From positions 1 through 44,781 of the forward strand of contig CAXHJY010001653.1 in NCBI GenBank assembly GCA_964016885.1: a stretch of DNA of 44,781 bases, in the 5' to 3' direction. Origin of the DNA: Eledone cirrhosa (lineage: Eukaryota). A model generated the notes under the pieces. It ran no database searches, had not been told where the DNA came from, and was given only the letters and a program-made list of their open reading frames with translations. Positions 1 through 19,822 of the stretch are shown here, one piece after another; the first letter of the stretch is position 1; each line of letters starts with the position of its first letter. A program made the position numbers and the translations under genes.

Positions 1-7040
<7,040 letters not shown>

Positions 7041-7170
7041 TCACTGTTTCTCCCCTTCTCACTTTACCCCGTTCGCGACGAAAACAATTTCCTTCTTTCT
7101 TACATTGGATTCATCTCGAAAGGTCTATTTTCTACGCGCTCATATATTCACCCAGCTTATACTGATATCT

Positions 7171-7265
<95 letters not shown>

Positions 7266-7266
7266 A

Positions 7267-7447
<181 letters not shown>

Positions 7448-7513
7448 TTATAAATATATAATACAATTATAAAATAGTTTTATAATGTATATAAAGTATT
7501 ACTGGTTGCGATG

Positions 7514-7860
7514 TACCGGGTGGGTAGAAAGGTTGCCCCGATTTCAAAGGTTAATAAAAAACAAAACAAACACATGATCATAAGAGAGAACAACTTTGTA
7601 TTTATAATAAGTACATTACATGCCATTAATTCTGTTTCAGGTAGTACCCCACCATAGCCTGGGGTGGTGATCATCGTGCATTTGTTGTGAAAGAGTTTCT
7701 TAACAACCGTGAGTCCGTCGTAACGACGCAGCGTTCTTCGAAGACACTTTGCGCTTCTTTGTCGTGATCCCGTACCAGATGGAATACCAATTCGTCTGTG
7801 GGTTTCTAACTTTAGACAAACATCATCGGCTTTAAAAAAAGAAAAGTCCTGTTCGTCTCT
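7514..7860 (+). mobile_element. 5' part of a decayed Tc1/mariner-superfamily DNA transposon (TIR start plus N-terminal HTH region of transposase, pseudogenised)
   Basis: TA followed by CCGGGTGGG at 7514-7524 resembles a Tc1/mariner terminus. From 7654, (ATA for ATG) AWGGDHRAFVVKEFLNNRESVVTTQR, frameshift near 7735, then RRHFALLCRDPVPDGIPIRLWVSNFRQTSSALKK; this resembles DUF4817-type transposase N-termini. Confidence 0.8.
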
Positions 7861-8349
7861 GCGAGGCGATATACATCTGAAGGAGTTTCTTTTTTCACTC
7901 TCTGGCGATAGCTTATCTGACTTTAATAGTACGTCCCCTTAGTCCAAGTGGAACCCTCGTCTAAGTAGAACCCATGGCACGTACTATGCTTGCCATACCC
8001 TAGTTACGACTCAGCCTAGTATCCAATCTGAGCTTATCGTACAAAGAGACGGAAATGGTTTTCGCAAATATATAATTCGTTATAAGTAATTCATATACAA
8101 TCAATATATAAGAATGGATTATGTTTAAAATAACTACAACAGCTGCCTGGAACATAGGAGATAAATCACAGATAAGTTGACAATACTATATAATTTAGAG
8201 AAATCTCAAAACGTTTTTCTTGTTATATATAATATGTATATATATATATATATATAATATGCATGTATATATACATATATCTATATAATATGCATGTATG
8301 TATATATATATATATATATATTAATCTCTCTTTCTCACTCTCTCTCAAA

Positions 8350-8436
<87 letters not shown>

Positions 8437-8467
8437 TACTTATAGGTATATATGTATGTCTATCTCT

Positions 8468-8513
<46 letters not shown>

Positions 8514-8515
8514 AA

Positions 8516-8598
8516 CAGGGTCTCTCCCAAAAAATGTATACACTTTTCACCACCATTCTAACCAATGTTTGTATACATTTTTTTGGGGGGAAACCGTA
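8516..8598. mobile_element. Tiny Tc1/mariner-type MITE remnant
   Basis: Imperfect ~27-bp terminal inverted repeats CAGGGTCTCTCCCAAAAAATGTATACA / TGTATACATTTTTTTGGGGGGAAACCG, with TA on the right. Confidence 0.65.
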
Positions 8599-8645
8599 TG
8601 TGTGTATATGTGAGAGAGAGTGAGTGAGTGAGTGAGTGAGTGAGT

Positions 8646-8742
<97 letters not shown>

Positions 8743-8899
8743 GACATCCCAATTATGTCCACATCTTCCTAGATGTGTACAATTTACCGTTTTCTACATT
8801 TTTCTTTTACATAATTCGTAAATATACCTGTGTGTGGATATATATACACTTGTAGATCCTCTATATAATTATATTTTATGCTTATATTATATCATCCCC

Positions 8900-8940
8900 T
8901 CCTCTCTCTGTATATATATGTGTGTGTGTGCGTGTGTGTG

Positions 8941-8971
<31 letters not shown>

Positions 8972-9042
8972 ATGTATATATGTATATATGTATATATATA
9001 TGTATATATGTGTATATGTATATATATATATGTGTGTGTGTG

Positions 9043-9093
<51 letters not shown>

Positions 9094-9098
9094 GTATG

Positions 9099-9152
<54 letters not shown>

Positions 9153-9332
9153 AATATATGTATATATATATATACATATGTATATATATATATACATATG
9201 TATATAAATATATAAATATGTATATAAATATATAAATATATTTAAATATATATATATGTATATATATATATAAATATATATAAATATATATATATGTGTA
9301 TATATATATATATATGTATACATATATATATG

Positions 9333-9363
<31 letters not shown>

Positions 9364-9485
9364 GTATACATATATATATGTATATATATATATATGTATA
9401 TATATCTATATGTATATATATATATCTATATGTATATATATATATCTATATATATATATATATATCTATATATGTATATATATAA

Positions 9486-9567
<82 letters not shown>

Positions 9568-9587
9568 CTATATATGTATATATATAA

Positions 9588-9648
<61 letters not shown>

Positions 9649-9650
9649 CA
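8900..9650. repeat. (TG)n/(TA)n compound microsatellite
   Basis: Direct inspection; further (TG)n tracts at 8363-8427 and 8610-8740. Confidence 0.95.
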
Positions 9651-10475
9651 CACACAAATATAGTACAACACAACTACACAGGGCCAGGAGGGACCGATAT
9701 CCCCGTGTCAAAATCGATACGAGACCTGGGCATAGACATGAGCGATGATGCATCTTTTTCCTCACACATCATGAAAGTGGCGACAATGTGCAGACGACTC
9801 GCTGGCTGGATCTTGAGGACTTTCCGTACAAGAGACCGAGACACCATGTTGACACTGTGGAGGACATTTGTCCTAAGCCGCCTGGACTACTGCTCCCAGT
9901 TGTGGTCACCCCATAGTGTCAAACTAACCACGGAGCTTGAGGCAATCCAGCGAAGCTACACCAAGAGGATTGCCACGAGACAAGCTACTGGGAGAGGCTG
10001 AAGGAACTGAACCTCTACTCCTTGGAACGAAGACGGGAGAGATACGCAGTGATCTACATGTGGAAAATCCTGGAGCGACTAGCACCAAACTTTGGCATTG
10101 GGAGCTGGATCAACCGTCGAACAGGACGTCACTGTGTGGTGCCAAAGGTCCCATCTTCCACATCTAGAATAAGGAGCAGGTATTGCAATAGCCTGGGATT
10201 CAAGGGCCCTCAACTCTTCAACAAACTGCCGAGGGATCTGCGAGACTTGCATGACGTGGAGGTGGATGTCTTCAAGAAACATCTCGACACCTTGTTATCC
10301 AGGATCCCGGATGAGCCCACAGCAAGGCACGAGGGAAACCTAAGGGCAGCAGCAACAAACTCCCTCTTACACCAGTGGCCAACCTATACAGGCTGGAGAT
10401 AAAATGTGTAGCAACAAGGGCGGTGCCCCAGCATGGCCTCAGCCGGATGGCTGAAACAGGTAAAAGAGTAAAAGA

Positions 10476-10478
<3 letters not shown>
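9650..10478 (+). mobile_element. 5'-truncated CR1/L2-group LINE: C-terminal end of ORF2 (post-RT region), 3' UTR and (GTAAAAGA)n tail; frameshifted
   Basis: [17 protein letters not shown]...RTF...LSRLDYCSQLWSP...LEAIQRSYTKRI, frameshift near 9980, then SYWERLKELNLYSLERRRERYAVIYMWKIL...FNKLP...FKKHLD, stop at 10402. These are typical CR1-group C-terminal motifs. There is a 3' stem-loop TCAGCC-GGAT-GGCTGA and an 8-nt tail repeat; (TA)n lies on both sides. Confidence 0.92.
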
Positions 10479-10517
<39 letters not shown>

Positions 10518-10521
10518 CTTT

Positions 10522-10685
10522 GGTCGGACGCAATGCTTTCCAGCATAGTTAAGTCCCTTTACGATCTGAGTTCAAATCCCGCCGAGGTTGACTTTGCCTT
10601 TCATCCTTACGGGGTCGATAAAATAAAGTACCAGTAATGCACTGGGTTTTTGCTGGCCTTGTGCCTAAATTAGAAACAATTATTT
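10522..10685 (+). mobile_element. tRNA-derived SINE, family A (5'-truncated)
   Basis: Box B-like GAGTTCAAATCC, core AGGTTGACTTTGCCTTTCATCCTTACGGGGTCGATAAAATAAAGTACCAG, 3' GGCCTTGTGCC...AGAAACAATTATT; more than 15 related copies or fragments in the window. Confidence 0.9.
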
Positions 10686-10897
10686 TTAATGTCCTGGACT
10701 GACTTATTGCATCGTACCCCCTCTTCATAAGTGTCCACACCTCTCCCCTCTCTTTCATACACACACACGTATATATATATATAGGCACACACTCATAGAC
10801 ATACATATACACACATGCACACAAACATGCGCACATATATACACATATATACAGATATATATATACAGACATTTATATATACATATATATACACAGA

Positions 10898-11060
10898 CAT
10901 GCTTTCCAGCATAGTTACGTCCCTTTACGGTCTGAGTTCAAATCCCGCCGAGATTGACTTTGTCTTTCTTCCTTACGGAGTCGATAAAATAAAGTACCAG
11001 TAATGTACTGGGTAATTGCTGGCCTTGTGCCAAACGTAGAAACAATTATTATTATTATAA
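10898..11060 (+). mobile_element. SINE family A (5'-truncated, (ATT)n tail)
   Basis: High similarity to 10533-10685. Confidence 0.9.
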
Positions 11061-11551
11061 TAATACTCCAGACAAATTTATACTGTTGAGGGCTTGGCAT
11101 CTGTTATATACAAGAGTTAATTGATTACAAACCAACTAACTCTTTTTTATCGATTAATGTGTGTGTGTGTGTGTGTGTGTCTCTCTCTTTCTCTGGCATG
11201 TCAAAGCGAGTTCACTATCCACTATCATTTTCCTCCGACATATTATTCTTACATCTATAAGATAAATGTAAAACACATTTCATGGAGAACATATTAAAAA
11301 ATTCCATTATCACAAGTAATTACTTCTTTGAAATCAGTAACCTTCTCCAGTGTCTATAGCAATACTTCTCAGAAGCTAAATACTGGATATATGTTATAGA
11401 TAAGCTGTGGTTTTTATATTTTGTACAAAAGTGAAATACCTATGACCGTTGGTAAATCACTGATGAGGGACTCATTTTATAACATGTTATCCATGTGCAA
11501 CCATGCAGTATTCTTCTCCCCATTTTTTCATATATATATATATATATATAT

Positions 11552-11851
11552 AATTATTGTTTCTACTATTGGCACAAGGCCAGCAATTATCCTAGTGTAT
11601 TACTGGTACTTTATTTTATCGACCCCGTAAGGATGAAAGGCAAAGTTAACATCGGTGGGATTTGAACTCAGAACGCAAAGGGCTATAACACCATGCTGCA
11701 AAGCATAGTGTATGACGCTCTACCGATACTGCCAAACCAAATGATTATTTCTACTATAGGCACAAAGCCAGCAATTTGGGGAGAGAGGAAAGTCGATTAA
11801 ATCGACCCCAGTGCATTACTGGTACTTTATTTTGTCGACCCTGTAAAGATG
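11552..11851 (-). mobile_element. Two adjacent SINE family A copies (11552-11739 near full length; 11745-11851 3' part of a longer variant)
   Basis: Reverse complement of the same consensus; the second has an extra GGGGTCGATTTAATCGAC segment. Confidence 0.88.
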
Positions 11852-11943
11852 GTGTCCTTCAAGGTCAGCCGAGCATCGATGCTGAGTACGGCGTCTTGGA
11901 ATCCGACTTCACCGTGGACCTCGGACTTGGATTTCTCATTCTA

Positions 11944-11979
11944 TTTTCTGACGAAGGACTAATAGTTGAAACGTTAAGA
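11944..11979 (+). ncRNA. Degenerate minimal hammerhead ribozyme motif in a probable Penelope-like 3' end (~11852-12060)
   Basis: TTTT-CTGACGA-AGGACTAATAGTT-GAAA-CG-TT-AAGA: both core boxes present, palindromic AACGTT at helix III, weak helices I and II. Confidence 0.5.
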
Positions 11980-12062
11980 CTCTTTTCCAACTATTTCAAG
12001 CGTTAAACTAATATATTTCTTCATTGTACTGTGTCGTTTGCTTTATTTCTGTTTACTTTTTA

Positions 12063-12130
12063 TACACACACACCCACTCACTCTCTCTCTCTTACACCCA
12101 CTCACTCTCTCTCTTACACACACACACACA

Positions 12131-12161
<31 letters not shown>

Positions 12162-12334
12162 TCTCTTACACACCCACTCACTCTCTCTCTCTCACACACC
12201 CACTCACTCACTCTCTTACACACACACACCCACTCACTCACTCTCTCTCTTACACACACACACACACACTCTCTCTCTTTCTTACACACACACACACACA
12301 CACTCACTCTCTCTCTCACACACCCACTCACTCA

Positions 12335-12365
<31 letters not shown>

Positions 12366-12368
12366 TCA

Positions 12369-12405
<37 letters not shown>

Positions 12406-12502
12406 TCACTCTCTCTCTTACACACACACACACACACTCTCTCTCTTTCTCACACACACACACACACACACACTCTCTCTTACACACACACACACACACA
12501 CA
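12063..12502. repeat. Compound (CA)n/(CT)n minisatellite-like repeat
   Basis: Recurring TTA(CA)nCT(CA)(CT)n units. Confidence 0.92.
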
Positions 12503-13087
12503 TATATATGCTTTAACTGAATGAGACGAATAAGACACAGTGTATTTGAGCGATGATAGAATTGGAATTAAATCGAATTCACCATTCATAGAATTGATAA
12601 AATCAACAATTATTATTATTATTATTATTATTATATTTATTTTTTTGATTGCGCTTCACCACAGACACCTCTGACTACCAGTATAGAGTTGCCATGTTTA
12701 TATTTCAGATTTTTAACTTATAAAATCAATTTCTGTCTATAGAAAATATAAACATCAAAATATTTTCTAAAATTTATTTACTGACGCACATAAAGGTCAC
12801 GTGAATGCCGATTTAGAATATGACTGGTCGCAATCATCCCTCTCTTCCAAGCACCACTAGTCAAATATATAGTCACCCAGTCTCTCTGACTCTCTCTCTC
12901 TGACTTTCTTGCTTCATTACGAAAATAAATATTCTAAATAAATTTCAGATTTTAAAAAACGTTACCAGAAACTCAATCTTCCTTAAACGATACGCTCTTG
13001 TGTCACATTTCAGCTACCTAGAGGCAAAACTGCAGCCTACAATTTCGAATACACATACATTCATTGACATGTATATATATATACATA

Positions 13088-13139
<52 letters not shown>

Positions 13140-13143
13140 TATG

Positions 13144-13239
<96 letters not shown>

Positions 13240-13262
13240 CATACATATATATATATACATAC

Positions 13263-13293
<31 letters not shown>

Positions 13294-13372
13294 CATACAT
13301 ATATATATATATATATACATACATATATATATATATACATATATATATACATATATATACATACATATATAT

Positions 13373-13980
13373 GGTGGCTGCCAACTCGTTTTCGAGTACG
13401 GCCACTACTTTATATCCATGTAGGAGGACCCCTACCGATGCGCTGAACGAGTGTGACTTTTTAGACCAGCCAGCGACTTGAAAACTCTGGTACAAACACT
13501 ACACTTGTGACAATTATTGACACATAGTGCTGGGCCCATGGTACCATGTAACAACAAGTGCAGAGAGATCTCCAGATATAAAGCAATGCCTGTGCCGTGG
13601 AGCTTTTATAGTGAGCAAAGGCACTGCACAAAGCCAGTCCCACTCTCTTAACCAAGATGATATTTACCAAAAAGAAGATCAAGTCAACATCATTGGATAC
13701 CATCAGAGTTGCAGGTGTTATATCAGAGTTTTCCTTCTCCTAGAATTCTGCCTTGACAAAGGCTAAGGTGTCATCTCTCCCGGTGATTTTGGATGGCCAT
13801 TGACTCTTAAGAGCTCCTTTGCCCTTTGACAGGTTTTGTTTTTAGTCCTGCAGGATGTCCAAAGTCACCCTCCTCACCAAGAAACCTTGGTGCGGTTGCC
13901 AGTTTAGTCGCCAACGACCCGACCATGAGACAAGTTGTACTGGGATACATGTTACCAGTAGCACCAACTGGTGACCTGAC
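13373..13980 (-). mobile_element. Probable RTE-clade LINE 5' region
   Basis: GC-richer island between microsatellites; minus strand contains TTAGCCTTTGTCAAGGCAGAATTCTAGGAGAAGGAAAACTCTGA, resembling a motif I recall from RTE 5' regions; no recognisable protein. Confidence 0.55.
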
Positions 13981-14036
13981 ATATATATATATACATACAT
14001 ACATACATACATACATACATACATACATACATACAG

Positions 14037-14080
14037 CCTTAGCATCGGGAGCCGCATACCCTAACCACTAAGCCACGTAC
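14037..14080 (-). mobile_element. tRNA-like SINE head fragment (family B)
   Basis: Minus strand GTGGCTTAGTGGTTAGGGT (box A-like); similar head at 38227-38263. Confidence 0.6.
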
Positions 14081-14098
14081 TATCACGTCGAAATATTG

Positions 14099-14216
14099 GT
14101 TTCTTATATAGGCACACAGGGCCAACAATTTTCGATTAAATCGATCCCAGTGCGTGACTCTATGCTGTAAAGCATGGTGTCCGACCCTCTACCGATACTG
14201 CCAATCCACCGCCTAC
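14099..14216 (-). mobile_element. Internally deleted SINE family A with 15-bp target-site duplication
   Basis: SINE head and tail present, core missing; CACGTCGAAATATTG at 14084-14098 and 14217-14231. Confidence 0.8.
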
Positions 14217-14298
14217 CACGTCGAAATATTGATAGATAAACATACCTTACATCTAAGTTTAACCAAGCAGCTTTGTTGGGAGCCTACTCTGCTATAAA

Positions 14299-14485
14299 TA
14301 ATTGTTTCTACTTTTGGCACAAGGCCACCAATTATCCAAGTGTATTACTGGTACTTTATTTTATCGACCCCGTAAGGATGAAAGGCAAAGTTAACTTCGG
14401 CGGGATTTGAACTCAGATCATAAATGGCCGTAACTCTTTGCTGCAAAGAATGGCGTCCGACCCTCTACCGATACTGCCAATCCAC
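14299..14485 (-). mobile_element. SINE family A, near full length
   Basis: Matches consensus; CTACTCTGCTATAAA repeated at 14284-14298 and 14513-14527. Confidence 0.9.
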
Positions 14486-14729
14486 AAGATAAATAGGTGA
14501 ATTGGCTATTATCTACTCTGCTATAAACAATAGCCAATTCACCTATTCATCTTTAAAACTTATCCAGTTTAGGAATTAAATCGGAAAAAAAGAAAGAATG
14601 AAAGAGAAATGTTACATTATGTACATAATGTAATTTAAAATACAAAATGACTGCCAATGAAATACTCCTAGCTGGAACGCCTTAGGTTATAAGTCTCCTG
14701 GATTTATGCAGATTTAGTTTTAAACAAGA

Positions 14730-15005
14730 ACAACGACATCGACAAGACCACCATCACTGCCACTATCAACAACAACAGACGATAGTACCATCACTGCCAA
14801 TCACCTCCACCACCACCACCTACAACAGACAACACCACCATCACCGCCAACACCAACAACAGACAACACCACCATCACCGCCAACACCACCACCACCAAC
14901 GACTTCGGCAAGACCACCATCACCACCAACAACAACAGACAAGACCACCATCACCACCAACACCACCAACAACAACAACACCACCATCACCACCGCCATC
15001 AACGA
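14730..15005. repeat. (CAC/CAA)n degenerate triplet repeat
   Basis: Direct inspection. Confidence 0.9.
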
Positions 15006-15548
15006 CATATACATTAGTTAACAGCTAAATTCATGAATGCCGGAATTAACATTATATAATATAATGTAACATACTATAATACAACATAATATAATACAAT
15101 ATAATATAATAGACTAAGTATGGGATTTTACATTAAATTATATTATTACATTATATGTTTCAAAGAAACGCTTTGTTTTTAAGTTGATTTAATTTCCTGG
15201 TTTACGCCATTTTAAAACCATATTTTACGAAGACAATACTGATTATATGTAAGAAAAAATAGAGAGAAAATGTATATAAATATATATAAATGTATATAAG
15301 TGTATATAAATGTATATAAATGTATATAAGTGTATATAAATGTATATAAATGTATATAAATGTATATAAGTGTATATATATCAGAACATATTATTTTAAA
15401 GCGTCAATACAGTTAACAACTGAAACCTATTGATTTAATAATAATTATAACTTATCGATTTTCCAGGTATATGAAATCAAATCATTCCGAACATAATAAT
15501 TGGTTTCAATAGCGTCTAGAGGTAAATAAACTGCAATAACTGAGAGAG

Positions 15549-16127
15549 GTGGCGTGTTGGTAGAGTTGTTAGAACGTAAGATTGCATACTGTATTCATTC
15601 AGGCTCTCTGAGTTTAAAAACCTACCGAGGTCAACTCTGCTTTCACCCTTTCGAAGTCGATAAAAAAAAGTGTACCAGTTCTGTACTGGGGTAACTAAGG
15701 TCAACTTTGCCTTTCACCCTTTCGAAATCGATAAAGAAAAAGTACCAGTTCTGTACTAGAGACGCTGAGGTCGACTTTACCTTTCACCCTTTCCGAGTCG
15801 ATAAAATAAAGTACCAGTTCTCTGCTGGGGTAACTAAAGTCAACTTTGCCTTTCACTCTTTCGAAATAGTACCAGTTCTGTACTAGAGACGCCGAGGTCA
15901 ATTTTGTCTTTCATCCTTTCGGAGTCGATAAAGAAAATATACCAGTTCTGTACTGGGGTAACTAAGGTCAACTTTGCCTTTCATCCTTTCGGAGTCGATA
16001 AAGAAAATATACCAGTTCTGTACTGGGGTAACTAAGGTCAATTTTGCCTTTCATCCTTTCGAAATCGATAAAGAAAATATACCAGTTCTGTACTGGGGTA
16101 ACTAAGGTCAACTTTGCCTTTCATCCT
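15549..16127 (+). repeat. SINE family A head followed by a tandem array of its ~70-bp core (7 units plus 1 partial)
   Basis: Unit AGGTCAACTTTGCCTTTCATCCTTTCGGAGTCGATAAAGAAAATATACCAGTTCTGTACTGGGGTAACTA starting near 15628, 15698, 15768, 15837, 15896, 15966, 16036, 16106. Confidence 0.92.
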
Positions 16128-16259
16128 CTATATCTCTTTCTGGAAATCTGGAAATGAGATGGACTGCGGCGCGTTTAAAAATGCTCAAGGAACGCTGTAT
16201 GTCCGCACAATACCCTTACAACTAATGAGGAATTTGCAGATACTCCACCCTGACTTTTG

Positions 16260-16308
<49 letters not shown>

Positions 16309-16819
16309 ATATGTGCATATGTATGTGAATAAGACTATGTGCATGTATGTGTGTGTGTATAATAATATGTGCGTATGTATGTGTATAATACTATGTTGCT
16401 GGTGGTGTATGTTTATATACTATGTGTATGTGTATATACTATGTGCATGTATGTATATATTACAATGTGTATATATGTTAGTCACAAATCTGTAGTTTAC
16501 TCCTATCAGATAGAATCAATGGCGGAACTCTCTGCCTTATAATCAAGTTCTTTGATAAAACGTCACAGAACTCCGAACCTGTTGTTACTATTATTGGGGG
16601 AGGGGACAAGGTTTTATATCACACCCTCCCGACTCCCACGTTTCTAGTTGTTGTTGTTGTTGTTGTTCAGGTCACATTCTAACGTGGGGCAGCAGTAGCA
16701 GCGGCGGCGGCGTGGGTGCTTCTTTTTATGAGAAAGACAACAAAAACAACGATAGAAGAAAAGAAAGCAACAAGAAAAAACTGGAAGCATTTGATAATAT
16801 AGTCTTAGATAGTCAATGG

Positions 16820-17200
16820 AAGGAGGAGGGGGGGATCAGAAGATGGAGGAGGGGGGGGGGAGCAGAAAGGGGCAGAAGATGGAGAAGAAAGGGGAAGAAG
16901 AAAAAGAAGAAAAAGAAAAAGAAGAAAAAGAAAAAGAAGAAAAAGAAAAAGAAAAAGAAAAAGAAAAAGAAAAAGACGAAGAAAAAAGGCAAAGAAAAAA
17001 AAGATGAAGAAAAACGAAGAAAAAGAAGAAAAGGAAAAAAGAAAAAGAAGAAAAAGAAGAAAAAGAAAAGGAAGAAAAAGAAAAGAAGAAAAAGAAAAGA
17101 AGAAAAAGAAGAAAAAGAAAAGGAAGAAAAAGAAGAAAAAGAAAAAGAAGAAAAAGAACAACAGCAACAATAACAACAGCAACAATAACAACAACAAGAG
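16820..17200. repeat. Polypurine (GAAAAA/GAA)n tract then (CAA)n
   Basis: Direct inspection; poly-K/E ORFs are artefacts. Confidence 0.95.
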
Positions 17201-17453
17201 GGAGGAGGCAGAAAATTCAACTGTTATTCATAGGTACCCACTATTTTAGTTACCTGCATTGTGGCGACTATATTTTCAAATAAGTTATATGAAAGAAATG
17301 AAAGAGTTTAGAAGTTTATGAGAAATATAAATTTGAAAAATGTCATCTTTTATATTTGATAATACCATTATATATATATATTTTCGAATGGTTGGCAGGA
17401 ATTAAAAAATTGATATATACATATATATATATATATGTATATGTATGTATGTA

Positions 17454-17493
<40 letters not shown>

Positions 17494-17509
17494 CATGTAT
17501 ATGTATGTA

Positions 17510-17542
<33 letters not shown>

Positions 17543-17544
<2 letters not shown>

Positions 17545-17666
17545 CAAAGGAATTGTGGTAAGGAACCAGATGGACCATAACGCACCAGAGTACTCAATAC
17601 TTAGGGTAGTAGTCCAGAAATAGTTGTCGAAACGGCTTGAGCTCTGCCGTCGGGGTCATGCTTTTT

Positions 17667-17670
<4 letters not shown>
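17543..17670. mobile_element. Fold-back element family P1, copy 1 (two segments in opposite orientation), flanked by (TA)n
   Basis: 17543-17612 is the reverse complement of about 21515-21584; 17610-17670 is collinear with about 21446-21505. Confidence 0.8.
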
Positions 17671-17735
<65 letters not shown>

Positions 17736-17989
17736 ATATATATATATATGTATATGTATGTATGTATATATATATGTATATATGTATATGGATATATATA
17801 TATATATGGATATATATATATATCCACATATATATATGTATGAATATATACATACATTCACACATATATATATATATATATATAGACATATATATGTATA
17901 TATATATATATAGACATATAGACACACGTGTATATATATATATATATATAGACATACATACATATGTGTGTGTATGTATGAATATGTAT

Positions 17990-18021
<32 letters not shown>

Positions 18022-18379
18022 CCAAAATTAAAATTAAGGGTTGTCATGTCTGAGAGATATTTCTAGTTGATATATATATATATATATATATATATTCACA
18101 TACACACACACACACATACATACATAATGGTCAATTTTCAACAGAAACAATCTTTAAATAAGATCACTTCAGACAGTAAAATGCAATAAACATGTAGTGC
18201 TGTAATAATGAGGTTAAAATTTAGTGTGGAATATCAGGAAATATCTTTAAATTAAAGAAACAAAAACAGTGAAATCAATTTTATGAATCCATTTAAACTA
18301 ACATGACATAGAAACCAGAAGCAAGTAATGGAGTTTTGGGGGGTCTTTTCTGAGAATAAAACGGCTTCTAATTTAAACA

Positions 18380-18690
18380 GAAAATCAGCAATTTGTGGAG
18401 AAGATAATGTCGATTAAATCGACACTAGTTTGTGACTGGTACTTTCTTTTATCGACTCCGTATGTAAAGGTCCAGAACAAATACCACAAAGCATTTCTAA
18501 CTTAGACACAAGGCCAACAACATGGGATGGAATGAACAAATCTTACCCCAGTACGTGACTGGTACTTTATTTTAGCGACTCTGGGAGGATGAAAGGTAAA
18601 GTTAACATTAGCAAGATTTAAACTAAGAACGTAAAACGTCAGAAAAAATGCCACAAATCATTTTGCCCGGCGTTCTACCGAATCTTCCAA
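18380..18690 (-). mobile_element. Two diverged SINE family A remnants
   Basis: GTCGATTAAATCGAC, CTGGTACTTT, GGATGAAAGG motifs. Confidence 0.75.
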
Positions 18691-18988
18691 TGCTAAATAC
18701 AAATATAAGGTGAGATAGTTAGAAAAATTGTCGAAAGAAATTTTAGTAAATAAAGAGTAGGGATATCTATTGAAGTTCATACACCAATATATTTGCTGTT
18801 AAGAGAGGAATATATTGCCAGTCTGAATATCGGTTTATACTTGGAAAGTTCCACTTCGTAGCACAAGCTCAAGCAAGGAGTTTTGAGGAAGATAAGCAGG
18901 CACCCATGCAGGCGTCTCTTATCCAGGCGAAAAGCGAAACTGATACAGCTTGGCACAAGTGTCGTCACAACTAATTTGATTTTCTTCT

Positions 18989-19190
18989 AGCTCCGATACT
19001 ATGGACATGTAGTTAGAATGTCTCAGCAAAGAATCACTGGATAGATTTGTAGCTCGTAGATTAGAGAGACACTCCAGGTAGAGCTGTTACTTCTCCGAAT
19101 TGAGAGATCACAGCTCCGATACTATGGACATGTGGTTAGAATATCTGAGGAAAGAATCGTTGGACAGATTTTACACAGAATGTGACAAAA
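18989..19190 (+). mobile_element. RTE-clade LINE C-terminal fragment with an internal ~60-bp duplication
   Basis: Translates IRETLQVELLLLRIERSQLRYYGHVVRISEERIVGQIL, the RTE/Rex3-type 'LRWxGHxxR' region; 18989-19048 duplicates 19112-19171. Confidence 0.8.
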
Positions 19191-19232
19191 GAGCTTTGAC
19201 AATCAACAACTAAACAACCAACATTACAAACG

Positions 19233-19293
<61 letters not shown>

Positions 19294-19476
19294 TACATAC
19301 AGATACCGAGAGAGAGATCTTCACGCATAGAATCGGAGACGAAATACATATCTGACGATCCTTCGATTACAGAGTTAGGTTCGATCTATAATGTGTCTTT
19401 CCTCGAGTTGATCAATAGTGAAACATATGTAATATGTTATGACGCAACGCTGAATCCTTGTTTCTTTACTCTTATA

Positions 19477-19546
<70 letters not shown>

Positions 19547-19568
19547 TCGCTCTACATGGCTGAATACA

Positions 19569-19822
19569 ATAAATGTAATCTGAGTTTTTTGAATATTAAT
19601 AATAACATTCGATTCGTTTGCAATTATGCAAACAAGCCTCATTTTTAAAGCCATGTCAGTAGAATGAACCCTTCATTCTTGGTCTTGTGTTGGCATGTGA
19701 ACAGAGCTGCAAGAGCAAGAATGAAGGGTTCATTCTACTGACATGGCTTTAAAAATGAGGCTAGTTTGCATAATTGCAAACGAATCGAATGTTATTATTA
19801 ATATTCAAAAAACTCAGATTAC

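Noticed and set aside
11432-11475. GAAA...CTGATGA as a circularly permuted hammerhead
   Set aside because: Helices II and III do not pair adequately.
15628-16127. Regularly spaced repeats resembling a CRISPR array
   Set aside because: Whole 70-bp units repeat without unique spacers and derive from the SINE.
16712-17249. Lys/Glu-rich ORFs (also 27492-27773)
   Set aside because: Polypurine simple repeats.
18777-18975. GC-richer stretch with ~65-codon open frames on both strands
   Set aside because: No recognisable protein motif or convincing splice sites; cannot be called an exon.
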